Assembly: GCA_938004115.1 (NCBI GenBank)
Contig: CALKWS010000046.1
Span: 1 to 38,395 of the forward strand
Source of the DNA: an uncultured Ruaniaceae bacterium
GTDB lineage: Bacteria > Actinomycetota > Actinomycetes > Actinomycetales > Beutenbergiaceae
DNA: 38,395 nucleotides
Reading direction: 5' to 3'
A program made the translations under genes and the position numbers. Below the pieces are notes generated by a model that saw only the letters and a program-made list of their open reading frames with translations, was not told where the DNA came from and searched no databases. Positions 1 to 9,794 of this stretch are shown piece after piece; within the stretch, counting starts at the first letter, position 1, and every line of letters starts with the position of its first letter.

Positions 1-24
1 ACGAACTGCCGCTAGCAATGACGA

Positions 25-54
25 AGCCGCCCACCCCCCGAGGGGCGGACGGCT
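25..54 (-). terminator. Intrinsic terminator-like hairpin downstream of rpmB
   Basis: Minus strand reads AGCCGTCCGCCCC-TCGG-GGGGTGGGCGGCT (13-bp stem with G-U pairs) followed by TCGTCATT, about 60 nt after the rpmB stop. Confidence 0.7.
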
Positions 55-114
55 GTGCGTCGGCTGCATGGGCGGCTCAGCCGCCCCGGTGCAGCGCCGG
101 TTCGATGCGCGCGG

Positions 115-306
115 TCAGACGGCGCGGACCACCTTGCCGGCCTTGAGGCAGGAGGTGCACACGTTCAGACGCTTCGGAGTGCCGTTCTGCACGGTGCGCA
201 CCTTCTGGATGTTCGGGTTCCAGCGCCGCTTGGTGCGGCGGTGGGAGTGCGAAATGTTGTGACCGAAGCTCGGTGACTTGGCGCAGACGTCGCACGTGGC
301 AGCCAC
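115..306 (-). CDS. rpmB: 50S ribosomal protein L28 (zinc-binding, two CxxC motifs)
   Basis: 63 aa MAATCDVCAKSPSFGHNISHSHRRTKRRWNPNIQ...NVCTSCLKAGKV; GTG start preceded by SD AAGGAG; typical position divergent from recG. Confidence 0.97.
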   Translation of the reverse strand: MAATCDVCAKSPSFGHNISHSHRRTKRRWNPNIQKVRTVQNGTPKRLNVCTSCLKAGKVVRAV

Positions 307-413
307 GGTTTCTCCTTGGTTGGTCGTGTGCTCGTCACCTGAGATCGGCGACGGAAGCCGGTATCTGGTGCGGGCGTGGAATCCGCCCGCGCGCCCCTTC
401 GGGCAACCGGTAC

Positions 414-443
414 AGGATACTGCACCGCGGCGCGGGATCACAA
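414..443 (-). promoter_or_regulatory. Putative sigma70-type promoter of rpmB
   Basis: Minus strand TTGTGA-N18-TATCCT, about 105 nt upstream of the start codon. Confidence 0.5.
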
Positions 444-716
444 CGCTGCACACCGCAGGGCGCCGGGTGAGACTGGTCACTGCTCCTGAGGCCTGCACCC
501 TCGTTGTCAGGCTACCGGGCGTTGATGGGACCCGCTGTGGGCGGGCGCCGATACCATGAGCGCGCAGCGCCGGGGACGAATCGCCAGTCGGCCCCCCCGG
601 GGCGCCCCGCGCGAGCGCCGGCACCCCGGGCCCTACCCGCCGAGGGGCGGGCGCCCGGCCGGCAACTCCGTACACACCCCCTAGTAGGCCCAGACCGACG
701 CGAGGTACAGACCGCA

Positions 717-3032
717 GTGGCAGATCGACCGAGGGACATCCGGCCGGATCGCGCCCTGGAGAAGGTCGTGGGCCCTGCTGCCGGGCGGCTGGCGAGCCTG
801 GGTATCCACAGCCTGCGCGACCTGCTCTACCACTTCCCTCGCAAGGTCCAGGACATCTCCCACTACTCCGCCATCGCCGAGGTGGTGCCCGGACAGTACG
901 GCACGATCATGGCCGAGGTGGTCCAGGTCAACTCCCGGCCCACCCGGCAGAAGGGTCTGCACCTGACCACCGTCGTCCTCACCGACGGCCAGGGCGGCCG
1001 GGCCGAGGCGGTCTCCTTCGCCCGCGGCCGCAGGCTGGACTTCGCCCTGCGCAAGACCCTGCCGCCGGGCACCCGGGTGGAGGTCTCTGGCGACGTGCAG
1101 TGGCGCCGCGGCGTGATCCAGTTCCGCAACCCTTCCTATGAGGTCATCCCGCCGGAGGACGCGCTGGAGGAGGACCTACGGAACCTGCGCGCCGACATGG
1201 CCGCGTTCGAACGCGGCCTCACCAGCCGCCCGGCCCGGGAGGGTCATGAACTGCGACCGGTGTACCCGGCCAGTTCCGACGCGCCGCTGGACATGGTCCG
1301 CGAGGCGATCGCCCTCGCCCTGGCCAGCGTCGAGGACGCCGGCATCTTCGACCCGCTGCCGCAGCAGGTGCTCCGGGAACGGGAGCTGCCCGATCTGCAT
1401 GAGGCGCTGCGGGCCATCCACCGCCCCGAGTCCACGGAGGAGTACCAGCGGGCCCGGCGCCGGTTCAAGTTCGAAGAGGCGTTCTTGCTGCAGACCGCGA
1501 TGGCCCGCCGCCGCGCGGATATCGCCGCCCAGGCCGCGACCGCCCGGCCAGGGCGCAGTGGCGGTCTGGTGGACGCCTTCGACGCCGCTCTGCCCTTCAC
1601 GCTGACCGAGGGGCAACGTCAGGTGGCCGCCGACCTCAGCGCCGACCTGGCCGGGGACCACCCGATGCAACGGCTCCTGCAGGGCGAGGTCGGCTCCGGG
1701 AAGACGGTGGTCGCCCTGCGGGCCATGCTGCAGGTGGTGGACTCCGGCGGGCAGGCCGCCCTGCTCGCACCCACCGAGGTGCTCGCCTTCCAGCACGAGC
1801 GGTCCATCAGCGCGCTGCTGGGTCCGCTGGGCCGGGCCGGCATGCTCGACGGCGACGGGTCGGGAACCCGGGTGGTGCTGCTCACCGGGTCGGTCACCGG
1901 GACCAAGCGCCGCCAGGCGCTGGCGGAGATCGCCTCCGGCGCCGCCGGCATCGTGATCGGCACGCACGCGCTGCTGCAGGAGCAGGTGCAGTTCGCCGAC
2001 CTCGGGCTGACCGTGATCGATGAGCAGCACCGTTTCGGCGTCGAACAGCGCGAGGCCCTGCGGGCGAAGTCGGCGGTGCTGCCCCACCAGCTGTACATGA
2101 CCGCCACCCCGATCCCGCGGTCGGTGGCGATGACGTTCTTCGGTGACGTCGAGGTGTCCACGCTGCGGGAGATCCCCGCCGGCAGGCAGCCGGTCAGCAC
2201 CCACCTGGTGCCGGCCACGAACGAACGCTGGTTGCAGCGCGCCTGGGACCGCATCTTCGAGGAGGTCTCCCGCGGCAATCGCGCCTACGTGGTGGCCCCG
2301 CGGATCTCGGCCACGACCGGTGAGGACGACGCCGACCTCGTGGACGAACCCGCCACCGGCACCGCTACTGACCGGTCCGCGGGGTCCCGGCGCGCCGCCG
2401 ACCGTGCCGAGCCCGCCCCGATGGCGAACGTCACCGAGGTGGCCGAGATGCTCGCCCGGCACAGCACGCTGGGCGGCATCGACCAGGGCGTCCTCCACGG
2501 CCGGCTGCCGACGGAGGAGAAGGAGGCCGTGATGGCCGACTTCGCCGGCGGCCGCACACCCATCCTGATCACCACCACCGTGGTGGAGGTCGGCGTCGAC
2601 GTGCCGGAGGCCACGGTGATGGTGGTCCTGGACGCGGACCGGTTCGGGCTGTCCCAGCTGCACCAGTTGCGCGGCCGCGTCGGGCGGGGCACGCAGCCGG
2701 GGCTGTGCCTGCTGGTCAGCGCGGCCCAGCCCGGCAGCGACGCCCACGAACGGTTACGCATCCTGGAACGCACCAGCGACGGGTTCCTCCTGGCCGAGGA
2801 GGACCTGAAGACCCGCAAGGAGGGCGATGTGCTCGGCGCGGCACAGTCGGGCCGGGCGCGGTCGCTGAAGATCCTGCGGGTGGTGGCCGACCGGACGATC
2901 ATCGCCCAGGCCCGGGAGGATGCCCGGGCGCTGATCGACCGGGATCCCAACCTGGTGCATCATCCGGAACTGCTGACCGCGATCACGCAGATGGTCGACC
3001 CCGAACACGAGGAGTACCTGGACCGTGCCTGA
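717..3032 (+). CDS. recG: ATP-dependent DNA helicase RecG
   Basis: Motifs LQGEVGSGKT, APTEVLA, IDEQHRFG, MTATPIPRS, QLRGRVGRG and an N-terminal wedge/OB region. GTG at 717 after GAGG is a more plausible start than 504. Confidence 0.96.
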   Translation: MADRPRDIRPDRALEKVVGPAAGRLASLGIHSLRDLLYHFPRKVQDISHYSAIAEVVPGQYGTIMAEVVQVNSRPTRQKGLHLTTVVLTDGQGGRAEAVSFARGRRLDFALRKTLPPGTRVEVSGDVQWRRGVIQFRNPSYEVIPPEDALEEDLRNLRADMAAFERGLTSRPAREGHELRPVYPASSDAPLDMVREAIALALASVEDAGIFDPLPQQVLRERELPDLHEALRAIHRPESTEEYQRARRRFKFEEAFLLQTAMARRRADIAAQAATARPGRSGGLVDAFDAALPFTLTEGQRQVAADLSADLAGDHPMQRLLQGEVGSGKTVVALRAMLQVVDSGGQAALLAPTEVLAFQHERSISALLGPLGRAGMLDGDGSGTRVVLLTGSVTGTKRRQALAEIASGAAGIVIGTHALLQEQVQFADLGLTVIDEQHRFGVEQREALRAKSAVLPHQLYMTATPIPRSVAMTFFGDVEVSTLREIPAGRQPVSTHLVPATNERWLQRAWDRIFEEVSRGNRAYVVAPRISATTGEDDADLVDEPATGTATDRSAGSRRAADRAEPAPMANVTEVAEMLARHSTLGGIDQGVLHGRLPTEEKEAVMADFAGGRTPILITTTVVEVGVDVPEATVMVVLDADRFGLSQLHQLRGRVGRGTQPGLCLLVSAAQPGSDAHERLRILERTSDGFLLAEEDLKTRKEGDVLGAAQSGRARSLKILRVVADRTIIAQAREDARALIDRDPNLVHHPELLTAITQMVDPEHEEYLDRA

Positions 3033-3720
3033 GACGCCGCTGGTGCGGACCGAGAACCTGACCGTGGGCTACGGCGCCGACCTGAGCAGCCGCGTGTGCC
3101 CCCCGATCACCGTGTCCGTCGCCCCGGGCGAGGCGCTCGCCGTGATCGGCGCCAACGGCACCGGGAAGTCCACCTTCCTCCGCGCCCTGGCGGGCCTGCT
3201 CCCACCACTGGCCGGCGCGGCGTTGACCTACGGGCGGCCGGTGGACGAGCGCGCCGCGTGGTACCGCGCCTACACCGCGGTGCTGCTGGACGAGGACTCC
3301 TACCTGCCCGCTCTGACCGTGCGGGAACACCTGCTGCTCACCGCGCGCGGGCACGGGGTGCAGGGAGTCTCCGGCCTGGTCACCGACCTGGTCGAGGAGT
3401 TCGGCCTCACCGACCGTCAGCACGCCATCCCCAGTGCCCTGTCATCAGGCCAGCGACGACGGTTGCTGCTGTGCTCGGTGTTCGTACGGCCACGCAAACT
3501 CCTCCTGCTCGACGAACCCGAACAGCGCCTGGACGCCGGCATGCGCGAACGCCTGGGGCAGCGGTTGGTCGCCGAGCGCCGTGCCGGGGGCGGGGTGGTC
3601 ATGGCCACCCACGATCCGGCCCTGGTGCGCGAGGCGGCGACCCGGGCGGTGCTGCTGACCGAGGAGCGGGTCACCGTGATGTCCGCCGAGGACGGCGCCG
3701 CGGCGATCGAGGCGCTATGA
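3025..3720 (+). CDS. ABC transporter ATP-binding protein
   Basis: Walker A GANGTGKS, signature LSSGQ, Walker B LLLLDEP, H-loop ATHD; overlaps the recG stop. Confidence 0.92.
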   Translation: MPETPLVRTENLTVGYGADLSSRVCPPITVSVAPGEALAVIGANGTGKSTFLRALAGLLPPLAGAALTYGRPVDERAAWYRAYTAVLLDEDSYLPALTVREHLLLTARGHGVQGVSGLVTDLVEEFGLTDRQHAIPSALSSGQRRRLLLCSVFVRPRKLLLLDEPEQRLDAGMRERLGQRLVAERRAGGGVVMATHDPALVREAATRAVLLTEERVTVMSAEDGAAAIEAL

Positions 3721-5303
3721 CCCTCGGCACCCCGTCCTGGCCCCCGCCACCGCAGGAGGCGCTCTCCGGTGCCCAGGTACGCCGCCTCACGCGGCGTGCC
3801 ACCGAGGCCCACGGCGGCGGGCACCTCAGTGCGCTGATCGGGGAGTTCTACTCCGTGGTGGTGGCCGGTGCGATCGCCTGGCTGGTGGTGATCGGGGCGG
3901 TGCAGGCGCTGGGCATCCAGACCGGCGGGGAGTGGAGTCAGAGCCGGGTGGACCCCGGGTGGCTGGGACTGGCGGTACTGGTGCTGGGTCTGGGCGTCAT
4001 CCTCAGTCTGTTCGCCCGCCTGGGGCCGATGTCGATCGGCGCCGGGCACGCTACCTGGTGGCTGCCGATGCCGGCGGACCGGGCGGGGTTGCTCCGCCCC
4101 CGGTTGGTTGTCATCACGGCCGTCGCGCTGCTGCTCGGCGCCGCCGTCGGGGGCGCCGCCGGGGCGGCTCTGGCAGGCGGTGCGGACCTGGGCAGCGCCC
4201 TGGGGCTGGCGATGCCCGCCGGCGCGTTGGGCAGCGCAGTGGCGGCATTGGCGTGCGTGACCGGGCAGATCCGGTTGGGTGCCGGCCGGCCCCGGCGGGT
4301 GCGCCCCCTGGTGGTGGCGGGGGACGGGCTGGTGGTGGCGGGCCCGGTCCTGGTGCTGCTCGCCGCCCTCACCGGCGCCGGGGAACTGGACCTGCTCGGC
4401 GCGCTGGGCCCGGCCACGGTGGTGCTGGCCGCGGTGACAGCGGGTCTGGTGCTGTGGTGCGCCCATGGTCTGGAACGTCTCTCCGGCCAGGAACTGCGCC
4501 AGCGCGGGGCGATCGGTGGCCATGCCGCCGGGTCGATCCAGTCGCTGGACACCCGCGAACTGGGGCGGGCGCTGTCGGTTCCCGGCCTGCCGCGCACCCG
4601 GCGCAGGTCAGCGGCCTTCCGGTGGGTCAAGGGCCCTGCGCTGGCGCTGGTTACCGGGGACGCCACGTTGATGCTGCGCAACCCCCGGCATCTGATCCAA
4701 CTGGGCATCGGCGCCGCTGTCGCGCTCGTGCCGCTGGTTGCCGGATGGCCACCGGGTCTGGCCGTCGTCGGCTACCTGATCGGGGGGTACCTGGCAGCAC
4801 TCGCCACCGGGGAGGGGGCGCGTCTGGCGGAGATGTCTCCGGTGCTGGACCGCAGTTTCCCGCTCGAGGCGGTCGTGGTGCGGCGCGTGCGGGCGTTGTG
4901 GCCGCTGGCGGTGCTCAGCCTGTGGGCGCTGGTGGTGGCCGCGGCGTGGGGCTGGGTGTACGGCGACCCGGGCGGCTGGTTGTTGATGGGCCTGGTGGCG
5001 GCACCCACGTTCGCCGCGGGGGTGCTGCGGGGGGCTTACCGCCAACCCCCGGACTGGTCCCGGCCGCTGCTGCCCGGCCCGTTCGGTCCGGTGCCCCCCG
5101 GGATCGTCACCGCTTTCTCGCGCGGACCGGATGTGGTGGTGATCTGCCTGATCCCGCTGCTGGTGGCGGTGCTGGCCACCGGGCCCACCGCCGTGATGGT
5201 GTTCGTACAGATCGGCGCATCCGCGGTCGCACTGGCGATCGGCTGCCACGTGCCCGCCGCGCCGCGCTCGCCGCACGGTCCACCTCGCACGGAAGGGAAC
5301 TGA
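3717..5303 (+). CDS. Polytopic membrane protein, probable ABC permease partner (DUF6297-like)
   Basis: ATGA overlap with the ATPase gene; many hydrophobic segments; WWLPMPADR motif recalled from this actinobacterial family (unverified). Confidence 0.75.
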   Translation: MTLGTPSWPPPPQEALSGAQVRRLTRRATEAHGGGHLSALIGEFYSVVVAGAIAWLVVIGAVQALGIQTGGEWSQSRVDPGWLGLAVLVLGLGVILSLFARLGPMSIGAGHATWWLPMPADRAGLLRPRLVVITAVALLLGAAVGGAAGAALAGGADLGSALGLAMPAGALGSAVAALACVTGQIRLGAGRPRRVRPLVVAGDGLVVAGPVLVLLAALTGAGELDLLGALGPATVVLAAVTAGLVLWCAHGLERLSGQELRQRGAIGGHAAGSIQSLDTRELGRALSVPGLPRTRRRSAAFRWVKGPALALVTGDATLMLRNPRHLIQLGIGAAVALVPLVAGWPPGLAVVGYLIGGYLAALATGEGARLAEMSPVLDRSFPLEAVVVRRVRALWPLAVLSLWALVVAAAWGWVYGDPGGWLLMGLVAAPTFAAGVLRGAYRQPPDWSRPLLPGPFGPVPPGIVTAFSRGPDVVVICLIPLLVAVLATGPTAVMVFVQIGASAVALAIGCHVPAAPRSPHGPPRTEGN

Positions 5304-5305
5304 CG

Positions 5306-5863
5306 ATGTCGCGCATCATCGCCGGGGAGTTGGGCGGACGCCGCATCCAGGTGCCGCCCCGCGGAACCCGGCCCACCAGTGACCGGGCCCGCGAGGCGCT
5401 GTTCTCCGTCCTGGAGCACCGCGCACTGCTCACCGGGGCACGGGTGCTGGATCTGTACGCCGGTTCGGGTGCCCTGGGGTTGGAAGCACTCAGTCGCGGT
5501 GCCCGCCGTGTGGTGATGGTCGAGTCGGCGCGCACCGCCGCCGCGATCTGCCGGCGCAACGCGGCCGAACTGGGAGTGTCCGGCCGGGTGGAGGTGGTCA
5601 CCGCCACCGTGGAGCGGTACCTGGAGCGCACCGAGCCGGGGGAGAAGTTCGACCTGGCCCTGCTCGATCCGCCCTATGAGGTCACCGAGATCGGCCCGGT
5701 GCTGACCGCACTGGCACGGACATGGCTCGCACCCGGTGCGGTGGTGGTGGTCGAACGCGCCCTACGGGTCCCGGAACTGGTCTGGCCCTCGCCGTTGGAG
5801 GGCACCCACACCCGGACCTACGGCCAGTCGGCGTTCTGGTTCGCCGAACTCCCGGGGGACTGA
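5306..5863 (+). CDS. rsmD: 16S rRNA m2G966 methyltransferase
   Basis: RIIAGELGGR, TRPTSDRAREALF, VLDLYAGSGALGLEALSRGA and DPPY motifs. Confidence 0.95.
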   Translation: MSRIIAGELGGRRIQVPPRGTRPTSDRAREALFSVLEHRALLTGARVLDLYAGSGALGLEALSRGARRVVMVESARTAAAICRRNAAELGVSGRVEVVTATVERYLERTEPGEKFDLALLDPPYEVTEIGPVLTALARTWLAPGAVVVVERALRVPELVWPSPLEGTHTRTYGQSAFWFAELPGD

Positions 5864-5900
5864 GCCGCTCGAGGGCGCGCGGCGTCGCACCGCCGCCGCA

Positions 5901-7034
5901 TCACGCCGTCGCCGGTTCGGCCCAGGGCGCTCCGAGTTCGCTGAACGTGCGGCCCTGGATGGCCACCTGCTCACACCAGTGCTCCACGTCGGCGACCACC
6001 GGGTGGCGGCCGTGCTCGTCGTCCAGCCAGGTGATGTACTGCGGGTCGATCGGCGTGGGCTCGGGTGCGGTGCGGACGGCCTCCAGCACGCGCATGAACG
6101 CCCCGGTATCGCGCACATCGGCCAGCAACGGTTCGCCGGTGCGGATGTGTTCGCGCAGGTTGCGCAGCAGGTCGGTGCGCCCGAAGGTCAGTTCCTCGGT
6201 GCCCTCCCCGGTATGCACGGTCAGCACGTCCTCGGTGTACTGGAACTCCATGTCCCCGGCGGTGCCGTAGACGATCACCCGCGGCGGGGGGTGCCCGGTG
6301 GCGGCCAGGGTGAGGCCGAAACTCAGCGTCAGCCCCCCGGTGCTGCACACCCGCACCGCAGAGGTGTCATCGGCTTCGATGTCATGGGCGCGGTACAGGT
6401 CGGTGACCACCTCGTCCACATGGTGGGTCCGCACCGCCCCGGCGATCCGCAACCCCGTGGCCACCGCATGCGCCAACGGGTTGGTGACCACGCCGTCCAC
6501 CACCTCGCGGCCCTCCAGGCGCCGCCGGCCGGCCCAGGGCGCCCGCGCGTAGTAGTCGGTGCTGCGCAACCAGGTGCCCACTGCGCCGATGCCGCGCAAC
6601 TCACCGATCTGGCCGGCGGTGATACGTCGGGCGATCTCCGGCAGCGCGTGCGATCCGAAGGACTGGAACCCCACCTGGCAGGCCTTGCCGGTCTCCTCTG
6701 CCACGGCCACCAGCGACTCGAACTCCGCCAGGGTGGCGGTGGTGGGCTTCTCCACCAGCACATGGGAGCCCGACCGCATCGCCTGCTCGGCCAGCGGGCC
6801 GTGGGTGTGGATCGGGGTGGCCAGCACCACGATGTCCGGGACGGTGGAGTGGTACATCTCCTCCAGGGTGGTGAACCTCCCGGCGGAGGGGGGCAGGTAG
6901 TCCAGACCGTCGAAGCCCTCGGTGTCCACCACCGCGGTCGTCTTCACCAGGCCCTCGTCGGTGAGTTCGGCGAGGTTGTCCAGGTGCTGACGGCCGTAAC
7001 CGCGTACGCCGACGACGGCGACAGAGAGCGTCAC
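5901..7034 (-). CDS. Gfo/Idh/MocA family NAD(P)-dependent oxidoreductase
   Basis: Rossmann VAVVGVRGYG, ATPIHTH, HVLVEKP; GTG start after GGAGG. Confidence 0.9.
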   Translation of the reverse strand: MTLSVAVVGVRGYGRQHLDNLAELTDEGLVKTTAVVDTEGFDGLDYLPPSAGRFTTLEEMYHSTVPDIVVLATPIHTHGPLAEQAMRSGSHVLVEKPTTATLAEFESLVAVAEETGKACQVGFQSFGSHALPEIARRITAGQIGELRGIGAVGTWLRSTDYYARAPWAGRRRLEGREVVDGVVTNPLAHAVATGLRIAGAVRTHHVDEVVTDLYRAHDIEADDTSAVRVCSTGGLTLSFGLTLAATGHPPPRVIVYGTAGDMEFQYTEDVLTVHTGEGTEELTFGRTDLLRNLREHIRTGEPLLADVRDTGAFMRVLEAVRTAPEPTPIDPQYITWLDDEHGRHPVVADVEHWCEQVAIQGRTFSELGAPWAEPATA

Positions 7035-7173
7035 AGATCCTCCTGCAAGGTACTGATGTGGACCGCGGCCGACTCGGCTGCTTCGTTGGGGCGGGGTGGT
7101 CGATGCGAACCGCGACGAGGCCTCTGCGGTGTGTGCGCAGGTGCCGGGAACGCGCGGGCGCGGACCGGGCACC

Positions 7174-7196
7174 ACCCTACGGCAAGCGATTGCCGT
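7174..7196. promoter_or_regulatory. LacI-type palindrome next to a putative -10 box of the Gfo gene
   Basis: ACGGCAA-GCGA-TTGCCGT (core GCAAGCGATTGC, 7182-7193) abuts minus-strand TAGGGT (7174-7179). Confidence 0.55.
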
Positions 7197-7258
7197 GGGA
7201 TAGGGGGCGAGTTCGGGAGGTGTGGATCGGTGGTGCCGAGGCGTGGCACGATCGAAGG

Positions 7259-7930
7259 ATGTCCCAACCGCGTGCAGTCATCATCTCCGGCGCCGGGCGG
7301 TACAGCGACCCGTGGCACCCGTTCGAGGAAACCTCCGCCGCGCTCGCCGAGGAACTGGCGCACCTGGGCCTGGGTGCCTCGGTGTGTCCCACCGACGGGC
7401 AGGTCCCGGACCTGGCCGGGGCGGACCTGCTGGTGGTCAACGCCGGCGGGGGATCCACCACCGACGAGGATGACCGGCTCCCGGAGCCGGCAGCCTTGCG
7501 GGTTGCGGCCGAGGAGTTCACCGCCGGCGGCGGCCCGACGCTGGTGGTGCACACCGGTTCCAACACCTTCTACGAATCCACCCGGTGGGCCGAACTGATC
7601 GGTGGCCGTTGGGTGCCGGGCACCTCGATGCACCCGCCGCTGGGCCAGGCCACGGTGCCGGTGGTCGACCGCGAGCACCCGATCACGGCCGGGTTGCGGC
7701 AGTTGCGGGTGCGCGATGAGTTGTACTGCTACCTGGACATGGCCGGCACCGCCCGGCCGCTGGTGGGCCACGACTACGAGGACCGCCGGCACCCGCTGGT
7801 GTGGGTACACGAACACGACGGGGTCCGGGTGGTCTACGACGCGTTCGGCCACGACGGGCAGGCGTATGCCGGCGCGGACCGGCGGGAGTTGCTCCGTCGC
7901 GAGGTGCGCTGGCTGGTCGGGCGCGGCTGA
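7259..7930 (+). CDS. ThuA-like domain protein (class I glutamine amidotransferase-like fold)
   Basis: DPWHPF, ELIGGRW, HPPLG, HPITAGL, DELY, RVVYDAFGHD; ATG 6 nt after CACGAT, so probably leaderless. Confidence 0.82.
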   Translation: MSQPRAVIISGAGRYSDPWHPFEETSAALAEELAHLGLGASVCPTDGQVPDLAGADLLVVNAGGGSTTDEDDRLPEPAALRVAAEEFTAGGGPTLVVHTGSNTFYESTRWAELIGGRWVPGTSMHPPLGQATVPVVDREHPITAGLRQLRVRDELYCYLDMAGTARPLVGHDYEDRRHPLVWVHEHDGVRVVYDAFGHDGQAYAGADRRELLRREVRWLVGRG

Positions 7931-7957
7931 GGCGCACGCGGTCAGGACAGGCGCACG

Positions 7958-8070
7958 CCGGTGACCCGGCTGTGCCGACTGCGGTGGCCCGGCTGTGCCA
8001 ACCCGCAGTGCCCGGGTTGGGCGCACTCGCAGTGCCCGGGCTGGGCGCACTCGCAGCGCCCGGGCAGTGC
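7958..8070. repeat. Degenerate tandem array of about five 23-24-bp GC-rich units between convergent genes
   Basis: CGGTGACCCGGCTGTGCCGACTG / CGGTGGCCCGGCTGTGCCAACCCG / CAGTGCCCGGGTTGGGCGCACTCG / CAGTGCCCGGGCTGGGCGCACTCG / CAGCGCCCGGGCAGTGC. Confidence 0.8.
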
Positions 8071-9651
8071 TCAGGTCACCGCCCCCACGTGCCAGGGGAT
8101 GAACTCATCCTGACCCAGGTCCAGTTCCTCGCTGACTGTGCGCCTCCCGGAGGCCACGGCCACGATCCGCTCATAGATCTGCCGCCCGACCTCCTCCAGG
8201 CTGGCCGTGCCGTCCACGATCCCTCCGCAGTTGAGGTCCATGTCCTCACGCATGCGCTCGAACATGGCGGTGTTCGTGGCCAGCTTGATCGACGGTGTGG
8301 GTTTGCAGCCGAGCACAGATCCGCGGCCGGTGGTGAAGCACACCACGTTCGCCCCGCCGGCCACCAGACCGGTCACCGACACCGGGTCGTAGCCGGGGGT
8401 GTCCATGAAGGTGAAACCCTTGTCCGTGATGGGTTCGGCGTACTCGTACACCGCGGCCAGCTCGGCCGAACCCCCCTTGGCCACCGCACCCAGTGACTTC
8501 TCCAGGATCGTGGTCAGGCCACCGGCCTTGTTGCCCGGGGAGGGGTTGTTGTCCAACGTGCCCTGCCCGGCAGCGGTGTAGTCCTTCCACCACGCGATCC
8601 GGTCCAGGAGCCTGCGCCCCACCTCCGGGGTGATGGCCCGGCGGGTGAGCAGGTGCTCGGCCCCGTAGACCTCCGGGGTCTCGGCCAGCACGGAGGTGCC
8701 CCCGGCTGCCACCAGCATGTCCGAGGCCAGCCCCAGCGCGGGGTTGGCGGTGATGCCGGAGTACCCGTCCGAGCCACCGCAGTTCAGTCCCAGGGTCAGC
8801 TGGGACACGTCGGCCGGGGAGCGCTCGGCCTGGTCGACCAGCGGCAGCATCTGCCGGATGCGTTCCACCCCGGCACGCACCGTGGCCCGGATACCTCCCA
8901 GGTCCTGGATGGTCATCGTCTCCACATAGGTGCCCTCGGGCAGTCCGAGGTCGGCGGTGAGGGCGTGCACCGGGATCATCTCGCAGCCCAGACCGAGCAC
9001 CAATAGGCCGCCGAAGTTGGGATGGTTGGCATACCCGCGCAGGGTACGGAGCAGGATCTGACCGCCCTCGGAGTCCGGCACCAGGCCGCAGCCGCTCTGG
9101 TGGGTGATCGCCATGACCCCGTCGACGTTCGGGTACTCCTCCAGTGCGCCCATGCCGCGGAACTGGTCGGCGATCATCCGGGCGGTGGAGACGGAGCAGT
9201 TCACCGAGGTGATGACGCCGATGAAGTTGCGGGTGGCCACCCTTCCGTCCGGGCGGTGATAGCCCAGGAAGGTGCGCGGGAGGTCATCCGGAATGCTCGG
9301 TTGCACCCGGTCCACGCCGAACTGGTGGCCGCGCTCGCCGGTGTCCATGCCCAGGTTGTGGGTGTGCACGTGGTCACCGGCGGCGATGGCCGTGGTGGCC
9401 CGACCGATGCTGTGGCCGTATTTGAGCACGCTGTCGCCGGGAGAGACGTCGCGTACGGCGAACTTGTGCCCGCGGGAGACGTCCTGGCCGAGCCTCAAGG
9501 GGGGAGCGCCGGACAGGGCCGTGCCGGTGAGGTCCAGCGTGGTGCCCGCCGGCAGGGTCTGGACGGCGACGGCGACGTCGTCCTCCGGGGCCAGCAGCAG
9601 TGCGGCCTCGGCGAAGGGGGTAGTGGTGCGCAAGACTGCCTCCCTGGCCAT
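8071..9651 (-). CDS. uxaA: UxaA/GarD family sugar-acid (altronate/galactarate) dehydratase with N-terminal SAF domain
   Basis: SAF domain (GHKFA, KYGHSIG, HVHTHN), TSVNCS, HPNFGG, GLGCE, CGGSDGYSGITANP, NNPSPGNKAGGLTTILEKSLG, FMDTPGYD, FTTGRGS. Confidence 0.9.
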   Translation of the reverse strand: MAREAVLRTTTPFAEAALLLAPEDDVAVAVQTLPAGTTLDLTGTALSGAPPLRLGQDVSRGHKFAVRDVSPGDSVLKYGHSIGRATTAIAAGDHVHTHNLGMDTGERGHQFGVDRVQPSIPDDLPRTFLGYHRPDGRVATRNFIGVITSVNCSVSTARMIADQFRGMGALEEYPNVDGVMAITHQSGCGLVPDSEGGQILLRTLRGYANHPNFGGLLVLGLGCEMIPVHALTADLGLPEGTYVETMTIQDLGGIRATVRAGVERIRQMLPLVDQAERSPADVSQLTLGLNCGGSDGYSGITANPALGLASDMLVAAGGTSVLAETPEVYGAEHLLTRRAITPEVGRRLLDRIAWWKDYTAAGQGTLDNNPSPGNKAGGLTTILEKSLGAVAKGGSAELAAVYEYAEPITDKGFTFMDTPGYDPVSVTGLVAGGANVVCFTTGRGSVLGCKPTPSIKLATNTAMFERMREDMDLNCGGIVDGTASLEEVGRQIYERIVAVASGRRTVSEELDLGQDEFIPWHVGAVT

Positions 9652-9653
9652 GC

Positions 9654-9665
9654 GAAAACGCTTTC
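9654..9665. promoter_or_regulatory. LacI-type operator-like palindrome directly upstream of the uxaA start codon
   Basis: Minus strand TACGAT-GAAAGCGTTTTC-GC-ATG: a -10-like hexamer, then the palindrome covering the predicted transcription start. Confidence 0.6.
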
Positions 9666-9794
9666 ATCGTAGCCGGGTACTGCCCTCGATGGGGCGTGTC
9701 CGCGCAGAGCGGATCAGGACGGCCCGTGGCGCGGGCCACGGCGTTGCGGGTGCCGGTGCGGCACCGGTGGCACGGCGGCGGGTACGTTATCGAT

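Noticed and set aside
307-716. Possible gene or DAK2-domain remnant between rpmB and recG
   Set aside because: Only a short Pro/Arg-rich frame (from ATG 556) with no recognisable similarity. The region is explained by divergent promoters and leaders.
3096-3716. ORF-track N-terminal extensions (membrane protein, rsmD, kdgK, proA, DosS-like kinase, rplU)
   Set aside because: They overlap upstream genes or UTRs. Family N-termini and SD or -10 spacing support the shorter starts given.
7958-8070. Possible mini CRISPR array
   Set aside because: Units are contiguous with no unique spacers, and there are no cas genes in the window.
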